From Guillardia theta CCMP2712 (taxonomy: Eukaryota; Protista; Cryptophyta), in the NCBI RefSeq assembly GCF_000315625.1, contig NW_005434594.1:56482-120481 (forward strand): a DNA stretch of 64,000 nt, written 5' to 3'. The position numbers were made by a program, and so were the translations under genes. A model generated the notes under the pieces. It saw nothing but the letters and a program-made list of their open reading frames with translations, did no database searches and had not been told where the DNA came from. Below are positions 37,133 through 47,544 of this stretch, in pieces; positions within the stretch are counted from its first letter, which is position 1; each line of letters begins with the position of its first letter.

Positions 37133-37370
37133 GAGCTGGAATTTAACTTGAGATTGCGAGCTTGACGTCAATAAATGTTCTTTTGTTTTCTTCCTTCTTT
37201 GTTAATCCCAGCCCATCACATGCTGTAATCTTTCATTGTCTGCGCCGACAGCTCAAACCTCGAATCTCATCAAAATACCGTCTGTCGCCATATGCTTTCT
37301 TTCTTTTCTTTTCTTTTCCTTACTACTTACTAACTTAGGCCGGACGTTAGCGCAGGGGGTGCAGAATCAA

Positions 37371-38322
37371 ATGTGGACTGCGTCTTCTACTGTGCAATAT
37401 GGTGACGATGACGATGAATATGAAGGAGATGAAGCACTTGATGAAGATTATACATAACTTGATGTCGTCCTTGAACAGTTTCATCGTGCTTCGGCCTGTT
37501 TGCTGGCTCCTCTGGACTCAGTAACGATGCAACCATCACGAAAGCGTGAGTTCGGACACGTCCGTAGGGTTGCAAGTGTCGGGTTGCCTACCCGTCAGTA
37601 CTGGTCATCCGTGTGGGGAGAGTGTTGATAGAAATGGCACAATCCTCAACTAATTGCAGTACAAGCAAACTCATCAGGCGCCGTTTTCGAGTACCGAATA
37701 TCATCTTTCAGAGCATTTTCGAGGTTGTCTGCCAACAGAAGTGGTATCATGACGATGGTAGAGGTCGATATGCTGACCAACAATATGATGTGTATACAGG
37801 GGATAGTTTGCAGCGTCGACACATTGGTTTGTGGCTTATGGTGGACCAGGGCTATCACCGATGGAAGGTGTTGCTTGACGTCTGATCCAACAACAATGCT
37901 CGCAAGCTTTGGAATCGTGCCGGAAGGATGTAGAGTGTTTCTTCGGGCGCTTGAAAGGTAGATTCGGGTGTCTCAAACTTCCGTGCAACTTCAAGTACAA
38001 GGTTGAGATTGACAACATGTTCTTCACATGTGTCATTTTGCAGAACATCATTCAGAGACATGATCACACAATCGCTGAGATGGATGATGACTTCACAGGT
38101 GCTGCAGGATTGTTTGACCAGGATGATGCTGGCATGCCCATTCGGGGAAATCATGACATGCAAGGAGATTTACGTATTCACAGTGACACGGACTTCAGTC
38201 ACATGCGGGATGCGTCTAGTCTTCTCCATTCCCACCTGGTTTCACGATACATGTCCACAGAAAGCAGGCGTCCCAGTTACGAAGTACCGGATGATCTCAC
38301 GATATCTCTGGAAGATGGATGA
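37371..38322 (+). pseudogene. Harbinger/DDE_Tnp_4-type transposase pseudogene
   Basis: LIRRRFRVPNIIF, WLMVDQGYHRW, ESCRKDVECFFGRLKGRFGCLK...FFTCVILQN. Premature TAA at 37455-37457, frameshifts near 37613 and 37885-37909, and the segment with the first catalytic Asp appears deleted. Confidence 0.85.
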
Positions 38323-38445
38323 TACGATTAACAAAATGCTTTAATTGTACATTACACCGAGGCATGTCGGCTCGGTGTGATAACACTTGTGGATAGTACA
38401 TAAATTCTGTTTATGAAACAGATCAACTTCTTGTATCTTGGAAAC

Positions 38446-39591
38446 CTACATGTTGAGATTTCCCAAAGGAGTACGCTGAGACAATGCACCGGTGCACTGA
38501 GATGATGATCCAGAAGTACCGGCTCTCCTTGCAAGTTCATCTCCCACGCTGTGAAAATCAAGTCTTCTCCCATCTTCAAGGCAGTCGGACGAGGATGTTG
38601 ATGGCGACAGTAGATGCTTCACAAGCTCTGCATGATGCTTGGCATACTCAGGTGTATCCTTGGTAAGCTCGCAGAGAACGCGAAGTTCCCTGGTCCTGCG
38701 ATCCCTTTCTCTGGCCATGCGTTCCTTTTCTCGAGCGAGACGCATATCCACTAAAGCGTCTTTGACTTCACTCATGACCGTGCAAACATCGTTCAATACA
38801 CGGGACAATGGTTGATCGAGCTGTCCCCATTCTGAATCACCCAAACGACGCTTGCGCCGCTGTTCAGACCAACTTCTGGAGTGCCTATCCACTGAATCAG
38901 GTGTCAGCACGTTCTCCGCTGGCACCGTTTCTCCACTAGCTTGCAGACTAAACTTCTCGTGGGGTGTTTCAGATCCCATGCCCAGATGTATCCAGGCTAT
39001 CCATGAAATGGGAGTCCAATGTCTATGTGCTGGGTCATTCACATCAAAGGGAATTACCTCCATTTGCCGCTTTCGGCCACCCTTCCTCACGGAAGCAGAT
39101 TCTCCGTCTGGTGTACGCACAGCATCCTGAGCAGGTTCCCCTTGCAATTGTCTGTTTTTCTCGACGAGTTCAAGTTGGTGTTTATTCCACAAGCGTGCTT
39201 TGGTGGCCATTCGTAGATCTTCTAAGGTTCGCCCGGAGGGGAACTCCTCTCGGTTTCCTTTCTCAGCCAGAAACTCCGGATTGTATACATTGTTGATTTC
39301 CGAGCGGGTTTCATGAAAGAATTCGATGAGACTGGTTCCCGCCCAGGGTTGGTTCTTTCCAGGGTTGTAGAGCAACTGTGGTAATGTTGGGATAACGATA
39401 TCTTGAATCTCACGTGCATGCTCCTCGACAAAAAGACGTGCATGTCTAGGATACACTTGTTGCATCCTAACGGCAAGCTCTGCATTCTTTCGTATCCCTT
39501 CAGCTGACACTTCGAGGAAAGCTTTGCATGCCAAGTAGCGAACATACGGCTTCACCTGTGCCGGTTTCAGCACGTACGATGCCGGCGGCAT
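38446..39591 (-). CDS. Intact intronless ~380-aa ORF, probable Harbinger ORF2 (Myb/SANT-like, NAM-associated-type DNA-binding partner)
   Basis: Convergent with the transposase. YLACKAFLEVS...FPSGRTLEDLRMAT...WTPISWIAW plus a C-terminal charged helix resemble Harbinger accessory proteins. Confidence 0.6.
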   Translation of the reverse strand: MPPASYVLKPAQVKPYVRYLACKAFLEVSAEGIRKNAELAVRMQQVYPRHARLFVEEHAREIQDIVIPTLPQLLYNPGKNQPWAGTSLIEFFHETRSEINNVYNPEFLAEKGNREEFPSGRTLEDLRMATKARLWNKHQLELVEKNRQLQGEPAQDAVRTPDGESASVRKGGRKRQMEVIPFDVNDPAHRHWTPISWIAWIHLGMGSETPHEKFSLQASGETVPAENVLTPDSVDRHSRSWSEQRRKRRLGDSEWGQLDQPLSRVLNDVCTVMSEVKDALVDMRLAREKERMARERDRRTRELRVLCELTKDTPEYAKHHAELVKHLLSPSTSSSDCLEDGRRLDFHSVGDELARRAGTSGSSSQCTGALSQRTPLGNLNM

Positions 39592-40222
39592 GTTCTGAGC
39601 GTATGAGCACTGTTCAAATTGGAACTTGGCGGGAAACAGAATAAACACGATGGACACACGTTAATGTCACTTTAATTTTGTGTCGGGGATATTTAAAGCC
39701 CGTGCAAATGAACCTGATTTAATTCTTTCCCCAATCTGTGCGCCAACGGATGTTCACATCATAATTTTTTTTGTTTCTTTTACGCATTTGTTTTTATTCT
39801 TTTACAGCTCTTCTTCTTGCTTTTTTCCTGTTTTTTGTTTTCAAGGAGGCGCATTCGATCCCCTTCTCGTCCAGTTGCAAGAAGACGTAGCACGGCTTGC
39901 ACTGAAGAGGAGGAGGCGAGAGGAGGAGGAGGAGGAGGAGGAGAACAAGAGAGGAGGAAGAGAGACATCAGGAGAAAGAGGGGCATGTGATCAAGGGGAA
40001 GGAAACAGCAGAAGTAGCAGGAAGGAAATTGGAGGGGGGCGAAGGATACGAGTGGAACCCGAAGGAGGCGGGAGGGTGACAAAGAAGACAAAAGGAAGCT
40101 GCAGGAAGGGGAAGGAAGACGATGATTGAGTTGTGCAGGTGTGGTGTAGTAGAGTGTTTTGCTGTCGCTACTGTCCTTCCTCTAATGGCGTTTCGTCCTG
40201 AATTTCATTCCTGCAGAGCCGG

Positions 40223-42351
40223 ATGGGAAGGCTCAAAGAAAGCGACCCGCTGTTCGAGCTGATCCTCAAGTGGATCCTGAGCTCAGAATGGGACATGACC
40301 CTGACTTTGAGAGAAGCTCTCCTCAAATGTGAAGCCCTGATCAAGAACCACATCGAGTGTGAGGAGGGGAGCGAGTTGTCAAGAAAATGCCCGGAGATCG
40401 GCAAGTTCTTCAACGAGCTTCCTCTGACCAAGGCCCTGGACCACTTCGGGAAGAGCGTCGCGGTTGAGCAGCGGAGGTATGTTCCTCCCACCTTCTCAGA
40501 GATAAGACAAATTTTCAACATCGCACAAGTGTATGCTCTGGAGGGACAGGCTAAACTCCTTACCTTCGATGCTGACGACACCCTCTACGAGCATGGTATG
40601 GACCTGGAGGTGGGTTGTTGGCTTGTCGACGCTCTACTTGCCCTCATGGAATCAGGCATCTACATAGCTGTCGTCACCGCTGCTGTGAGCGATTGCCTCT
40701 CTGCTTGAGATGCATATGACTGAGAATGTCAGGGCTATCCTGGCAAGCCGCAGCGGTATGCGTCTCGTTTCAAGGGCCTTCTGGAAAGGATGCGGGAGAA
40801 GAAGAGTCCACCAGACGTTACAAGCAAGTTCTACTGTGTGGGAGGGGAGTGTAACTACCTCTTCCGCATCAAAGAGAACTATGAGATGGAAGAGGTACGT
40901 CCTCTCCCACCTGGCGCTACGTCCTCCCTTACTTTCACCTAGGTGGATTCGACTGCTTTCTATACTAAGGAGATGAAATCCTGGAGTGACGAAGACATCA
41001 AGGACATGCTGGATGTCGCCGAAAAGGCGCTGAGAGATGCGTGCCAGAGGATGAAACTCGATGTTCAGTTCCTCAGGAAGCAGCGAGCAGTGGGCTGCTT
41101 TCCAACGAAGGCTGAGGTAAGAGTCGACCTGTCGTCGTTCACCCCGATTGACGATGCTTTTTGTACAGGATCGCATCGCATATGAAGCTCTTGAGGATGT
41201 AGCCCTGGCCGTGCAGGTAAGGGGGGGAATGAGGTGGTAGGGGGGGGGAGGGGTGGGGAGGAGGGGGTGAAAGTAGAAGGCAGACAGCAACAAGCATGTT
41301 TACAGCCATGGGGCTTGGAGGGGGAGATGTATGTGGAGAGGAGGAGGATTCTGCTCTGGCATTAAAGTGACTCTGCATCTCAGGACAAGCTGCTCTCGTC
41401 TAGAAAAGGGAAGCCTGGAGTCCCGTTCTGCGCATTCAACGGGAATAGAGACGTGAGCGTGGCAGTGGAGCTTGTGGTCGAACTCAGGCTGACTTTGCTT
41501 GGAAGGTTTGGGTTGATGTTGGAGACAAGCGCTATGGGATCGAGGCGTTGCTAACATACTTGGTAAGTGAGGAAGGAGCCTGTTCAGATTTGTCAGTCTG
41601 TGTGGGCTGGTTTGAGACACACTCTGCCACATGGACTTGTGCATTACAGTTGAAGAACTCAGTGAAGTTTGTTGTGGACATTGTTGATCAAATCAGTGGT
41701 GTTTGTTGTGGATGTCATTGAAGTTTCTGGTTGAGAGCTATATCATTTGATCGCACTCGATGCAACAGGACATAGAAGGGAAATACACCTGTCACCTGGG
41801 AGATAGGTTTACTTTGACCGGTGATTATCATGCTGTTTCTCATTTCCAACATTATACTGCTGAGGCAAAGGATCGGTCAGGGCTGATTTGCTGCAGGGAA
41901 CGACAAGAGCTCGAGGGCTGTTGCAAGCACAGTGTGGTAATGCAGTGTGTGATCTTGCCTGCCATTCTGACATCTGTGTAGGGTGACAAACCCAGCAGAA
42001 ACCGAGGAGTATATGGAACTCTACTTGCGGGTAACAATAAATCGTGACTTTTTCCTGCTCTTGCATGCTGCTTCTCCTGATGCTGCTGCTGCTGCTGCTG
42101 CTTTATGATCGTGCGCTTTCCGTCCGATCCACAGTTGTTCCGTTGCCTTGTTCCAAGGGAACAGGATTGAAGGCTTTGCAGGAGATGGGAACAGAACTTG
42201 CGTTGCAGTGCGCAGACACAAGACCAAAGGGACCAAAACAGGTTGGCAACTTCCAACGGTTTGTGATCCGACGGGAGGATGAATAACTTGGTTTCAGGGC
42301 ACATTAGAGTGGCAGAAAGCGCAGATTATCCAGAGCAACACGTCGGCATAG
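40223..42351 (+). CDS. ISN1: IMP-specific 5'-nucleotidase (HAD superfamily), multi-exon
   Basis: FFNELPLTKAL...RRYVPPTFSEIRQIFNIAQV, LLTFDADDTLYEHG, AVVTAA|GYPG, VGGECNYL, PFCAFNGNRD|VWVDVGDK, HLGDR, WVTNPAET. True start may lie in an upstream exon. Confidence 0.92.
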
Positions 42352-42544
42352 AGGACAAGAAGTACGACTGGTTGACTCTACTTTCATTTCAAGAATAAAG
42401 AAACAATACAACCCGAAAGTGAATCTTTGAACCGAGTTCCCCTACGTCTTAATAAACGCTTCGATGCACGCTAAAATGAATGTCCAACTACAAATACAAT
42501 GTACAACCTTGCCCTGTCGAAAAAGAATCGAAGTCTTATCTCTC

Positions 42545-42799
42545 TCAAGGCATCTTGGTGTCCTCCTTCCTCCTCGAGTCTTGGTAGCTGGGCCTCCGAA
42601 TCCCAAGGATCTCACATTGCTTGTTGAAAGTCTCTGCATCACAATATCCAAAGAGCTCGTCGAAGGCTTCCTTCTTCACCGGAGCGATGTTTATCTTGCA
42701 CGTTGCGTCATCGTGAGAACAAGTAGAAGAAGCATTGCTGCAAGTGCTCGCAACGCTGCAGGAGCTGCTCGTCCTGCTTCCAGAATCTATTGCTGACAT
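42545..42799 (-). CDS. Small hypothetical protein (~84 aa)
   Basis: MSAIDSGSRTSSSC...KKEAFDELFGYCDAETFNKQCEILGIRRPSY: protein-like composition, lying downstream of an intergenic island. Confidence 0.35.
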   Translation of the reverse strand: MSAIDSGSRTSSSCSVASTCSNASSTCSHDDATCKINIAPVKKEAFDELFGYCDAETFNKQCEILGIRRPSYQDSRRKEDTKMP

Positions 42800-43149
42800 C
42801 CCCGCGGATTTCTGTTGCACGCAATGGTGTTGTGCTGACTTAATGTGCTGTCTACAAACAAACGAAACTTAAATGGATCGGCGTACGAATACAACAAGGT
42901 TGGCAGGTACTCGCTTGCGAAGCTTTTAGGGGAGCGATCAAGAATCAGGAACAAGAACGATGCTTTGCGAGGGGGAGATCTGTTCGGGTCCGAGGGCTGG
43001 AAGGTGGAGAAAGGATTAAGAGGGAGGAGGAGGAAGGATCGAGAGAATGAAGCGGAGGAGGAGTGATAGGCTAGAGCTAGGTCGGGGGATCCAGGCAGAG
43101 GAAGGAGAGTCGAGAGAGAGGCACAAGAAGTGGTCGGCAAAAGGGAAAG

Positions 43150-45010
43150 CAAGGATTTGGGGGTCGGGGGGCCGATTGACAGTTGAAGGAAGGGGGTAGT
43201 GAAGAAAGGGAGGTGGGGTTAAGTGACCCGGGTGGTGGAATTTGATATGGGAATGAAGGGGGATCAGGGGGTGACAGAAACGGACGGAATGTCCGATACA
43301 GGGTGGGTAGTCACTTGCAAGGTGGATTTAGGATGGGTGGGGGTAGTCCATGTACCCTGATGGCAGTCGTAGAGGTAAGTAAAACTAAAATAACATTTAA
43401 ATGTTTTGTTATGGGGTGGGGGTAGTCTGGTATGGTCGAAAGTTGAAAACACTATGTCTAGGTGGGTATGTTATGCATTTGGGTATAGTATATGATATAT
43501 TGAATTGACGACCTTCATGTGGGTCATTCAGGATGGGCTTGTTGGCTTGAAGCACTGTGTACCCTCCAGTACTATCGGATCAGTTCACATTTCCCCTACC
43601 CCTTGGCATCCCCACCCCTCCAAAATCAGTCGTTCTATGAAATTGCCTTCAATGACCGGTACTTTGTATGAATAGAAAGGGGGTATAATGAGTTAAGGCG
43701 CCAGCTGTACCCCCTCATTTCGAACAATCTTACGCAAAACGAAACAGGTGCATGAGCGGGTGGGTCCAGGATAACGGATTTCTCTAAAAGTCTTGTATAG
43801 TGTGTTCATTCCATCCGAAAACAATCTCTTTCAAATATGTCTAGTATCAAAAGACTTCTTTTGGAGCCTTACAGGACTGGTGTTAAACCCAAGGCTTTAA
43901 GTCCTGTCATCAAACAGTACAAAATCAGTACGACCGTCTTGCGGACTCACCCGTGTCACGCTGCCAGTTACAGTGTCGTACGCCCGCCAATTTCAAGCCT
44001 GGTACAGAATAATGATTCTTTACTCAAAGTTAAGGCAAGTTAAACATTTACCATGTCCGTGACTGGCACGCCCTCAACCTCGTGAAAATCAAGTACGAGG
44101 ACAATCAGGCCCAGAGAGTAGTCGGAGGGTACTCTAAAGGGTTTTAAAGAGAGCAACTTGGTTGCCAGGAATTAGGGTTTATGGTTCAAGTTTGCCACTC
44201 AGCCGTCATGATCCTTTACTCAACTTGAAGTTGACTCTCAGCCTGGCAGTGGCATACGACCATGCCGCCCGGCCAAACCCTTTCAACACGTCACTGCGGC
44301 CACGCCTCAGGCCTCCGGCGGTGCCCGACTCGGACAGAGCCGCTCAGCGGCTAGTACTTCGGCCCGCGATCATGCCATGATGGCCGCCGCCCGGCAGCGA
44401 AGCGCGGCCTTTCGAAAGTTCAGTTTCACTGAGAACGTCAACTCAGTGACCCGGGCCTGGTTGGGCCGCACCGTGCTTCCGGAGTCGCCGGGCCGGGCCC
44501 GTCCCGGCCGCCGATCGCCGCCCTCGGCCAGCAGACACGGCGTGCAAAGTTAAGTTAAAGATCAGTACGAGGACAATCAGGAGAGTCGAGGAGGCTCACT
44601 GTGACCGGCCCTGGCCGTGACTGTCGGCGCGTGGCAGGCCAAACGGCGAGAAGAGAAACTTAGACAGCCTCGGAGAACGGTGGCAAACCGGCAGGACAAT
44701 TCCCCGGGGCCCGCCGGCCACTGACTGTGCCAGCTGACTCGGAGCCGCTGAGCGACTCAGTCACTCGCCATCGCCGCTGTCACGGTCACGCCGGTGGCCG
44801 CCCTCGAAGGAACTCGGAATGAGACGCACTGTATCGGATCTCTTTTCCGGGCCGCTTCTGATGATCGCCGTACGGTATGGCCTGCCCGGCAGTACGCGGC
44901 GACCGTCCGACCGTACGGTGCCACGGTGCCACGGTGTACAGTGAGCTTTCAAGTTACTTCAAGCCAGTGCCCGGGGGCTCGGAGCCCGGCCCGGCATCGT
45001 CCGGCGGCGG
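43150..45010. promoter_or_regulatory. Composite intergenic island: GGGT/ACCC-rich part (43150-43900) followed by GC-rich palindrome-rich part
   Basis: Between divergent genes. Contains CTTTACTCAAAGTTAAG (44018) and two copies of the GTACGAGGACAATCAGG element. Confidence 0.5.
44545..44592 (+). repeat. Dispersed ~50-bp conserved element, copy 2 (partial third copy at 44085-44109)
   Basis: CAAAGTTAAGTTAAAGATCAGTACGAGGACAATCAGGAGAGTCGAGGA, 46/48 identical to the reverse complement of 26525-26572. Confidence 0.9.
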
Positions 45011-45058
45011 CGTGAACTAATAAACAACCTCATCGCCTCCTGATTCAGCGCACGTGCC

Positions 45059-45575
45059 ATGGGCAAGAGTTTGAGGAGCAAGATCAAGCGGCGGTTCCGC
45101 ACGATCAAGAGAGAGAAGCTGCAGCCCTTCCTAGCAGAGAAGCTCTCTCTCACCCAAGAGGACCTCCCTCTCCCTGTCCGTCCTCCCGAGACGCCGGAGT
45201 CCGAGGCTCGCCGGAGGGACCCCAGGAGGAAGGATGCGCGAATGGGCTGCCAGGCGTTTGCGCTGGCTTTCCCAGGCGGAGTTACAGGAGATGATATGAG
45301 GCGAGGAGGCGTCGGAAATCCTCTATCGTGCCCTCCTGAAGAATTGGAAAGGTAAGAAGATCGATGCGCTGTGGGGTGGCAGCACTAACCCATGGCTTTG
45401 TAGGCAGAGAGCGATCGAAAGAGAGGAATATGAGAAAAAACAGCGAGAAGAGCTAGAGATGGAGCGCGACGCAGCTCGCAATAGGAGCGGAATGGAGATG
45501 GATGGGGTCAAAAAGACGATCAAGAAGAAGAAGTCGAAGAAGAAGTCCGAGACATCGTGGTTGAAGACCACCTGA
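45059..45575 (+). CDS. LLPH/LAPS18 (DUF2423)-like small basic nucleolar protein, two exons
   Basis: N-terminus MGKSLRSKIKRRFRTIKREK matches the M(A/G)KSLRSKxKRxxR signature. Intron ~45352-45402. Lys-rich C-terminus ends TGA 45575. Confidence 0.75.
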
Positions 45576-47544
45576 TTGTAAATTACATTTCCAGCTTGAA
45601 AACTTGCTTATCATGCATTTGTTGCGCTCATCAAATGTGGTTGATAGAATTGTTCCTTTGATTGCATCAAAACATCAGAACGTCTCTTGTGAAGCCCAAG
45701 TATGATGTCCTGTGTGTTGTTCGACATAGTGATTAGCTTGATTTCGAGTTAGGAGGTCCCTTGCGAAGGGAGAGTGCATGGAACAAAATCAGATTTTTCA
45801 AATGCAGAGCATCAATTTGAGCAAATTTTCTATCTCGATTATAGATTCATTGGTTGCTCGTTGTATGACGAGCAAAAGCCATCGCCGGGATTCCGGCCCT
45901 TCTTAACCAAGAAAAGCAGCTAGCTTAAGATTGCTTCATTGATAGGAAGAGATATGAGGCAAACGGGCATGTTAGTTGATCATCTGAATGGTAACGATCT
46001 TCTTCGCCCTTCCGTCTCTGTTAAATCGTCACAATATCGGAGAGTACAACACACCAAGTGCTTATCAGAGGTTGGCTGCAAAAGCAAGAAGTCTCCAGTC
46101 TGCTTGATGTTACTATTGGATAAACAGTGGCGAATGTCTACTAGTCATAAGCAACTTTATCACTCCTTCTGTCTGCTCTGATTGCGAGAGTGAATGCAAT
46201 GGCAATACAGTTACTTGCATCTCGTCAAATGCTTGCCCTCTGGCTCCTTCCGAGCTACAAGTCTAGTTCACGTGCTTACGTGCAGCAGGCAAGAGCGACC
46301 TCTATGACAGGAACGGAAGCTACATTTTGCTACACCTATCATGTTGATTGGACAGGAGGGTGGGTTTAGACTGTTGCCGTCGTATAAGTTCGAGCTGCAC
46401 ACAGGAAGCCCAAGCCTTCGGCAGTTGCGTGAAGGCTCGCGTTGATGAGGGAGCGAGTGGATGCCGGCAGAGCTATTGCGCTGAGCAACAGCTGCTCTAG
46501 CTCCTCTGACCTCGAGGATTGACCTCGAAGCTTCGACTTACAGGGGCCATGTGTGCACGACCAGCAAATGCAGGCAACGTCGAGACGTCGCTGGCAAGGC
46601 CATCGCACTTGCTCGGCTTCTCATGATAGAGGAGTACAAAGTGGGTTCCGGCAGGAACCAACAACCTCCAGTGTACACGAAAGGAGTACTTCCCAACCCT
46701 GTCAGATCTTCATCACAGCCTTCTTCGGGTCGTGCTCTCATCGCCATTTCCTCGTTGTCAGTACAGCTGATCAGAGGTCAAGGCGACAACGGCATCTTCC
46801 CTACAAGGATCATTGCTCTGAACGCACTTAGAATTTCAATGCAGCAGCAGAGCCAGAGGCGTTTGATGCGTAGAGGGACGCGTATCAGGTGTATTTAGAA
46901 GAACATATGGGAAGAATCGTCGCATCGACGCAAGACCGCAATATCCAACTTGGAGGGACAGCTGTTTTCAATCAAACCTGTCGCAATGAAAAGAATCAAT
47001 ACACGAAGATGGTTAGTATGGAGAGCGCTGAAGAGATTATTGCCTCCGGCAACACTCTTGCTTCGTCTTCCTCCCCTTCCTTTGTCCTGCCCATTCTTCA
47101 CCCTCATCTCCTCTTCTCGTCCCCCTTTCTCCTCCTCTCCCAATCCCATCCTCTTATCCTCTCTCATCTTCTCTTCCCCCCTCCTCTCTCCTCCCCTCCC
47201 TCCCCTCGTCTCCTCTCCTGTCCTCTCCATCCTTTGTTTCCTATGATCCTCCTCTACGGCTTCAAGCTTGAGTCTTTCCTGATAAGAGACAAGGTGGGTC
47301 ACTAATCTGGCACAGAATCGGTAGGGGTACTTCTGAAAGAGGGTACTAGAAATATTGACAAGATCGGGTACCACACAGCTATTTTTCTCTAATAGTATCC
47401 ATAGGTAAAATATGAGATATGATGGAATAGCTAGATTTCGGAAAGATGTTGCCCCAATATTGGGGTAGGGTACAATTGGATGTGGGGTGGGTGGTATGAA
47501 CAGTGGGTTGAGCGTGGGTTGTTCTCGACAAGGTACACATAAAT

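Larger units (their letters stand above)
37338..39750. mobile_element. PIF/Harbinger-type DNA transposon remnant (two convergent intronless ORFs)
   Basis: DDE transposase fragments on + and a companion ORF on -. Left edge TTA|GGCCGGACGTTAGCGCA. Only a weak 9/10 inverted match (TGCGCCAACG, 39739-39748) at the right, so boundaries are uncertain. Confidence 0.75.

Noticed and set aside
26525-44592. An 18-kb giant transposon (Polinton-like) bounded by the inverted 48-bp repeats
   Set aside because: Interior is intron-rich host genes (ISN1, thioesterase); no polB, integrase or capsid genes, no TSD seen, and a third partial copy lies inside.
45850-46960. Possible multi-exon minus-strand gene
   Set aside because: Coding-like composition but no consistent reading frame or motif recovered.
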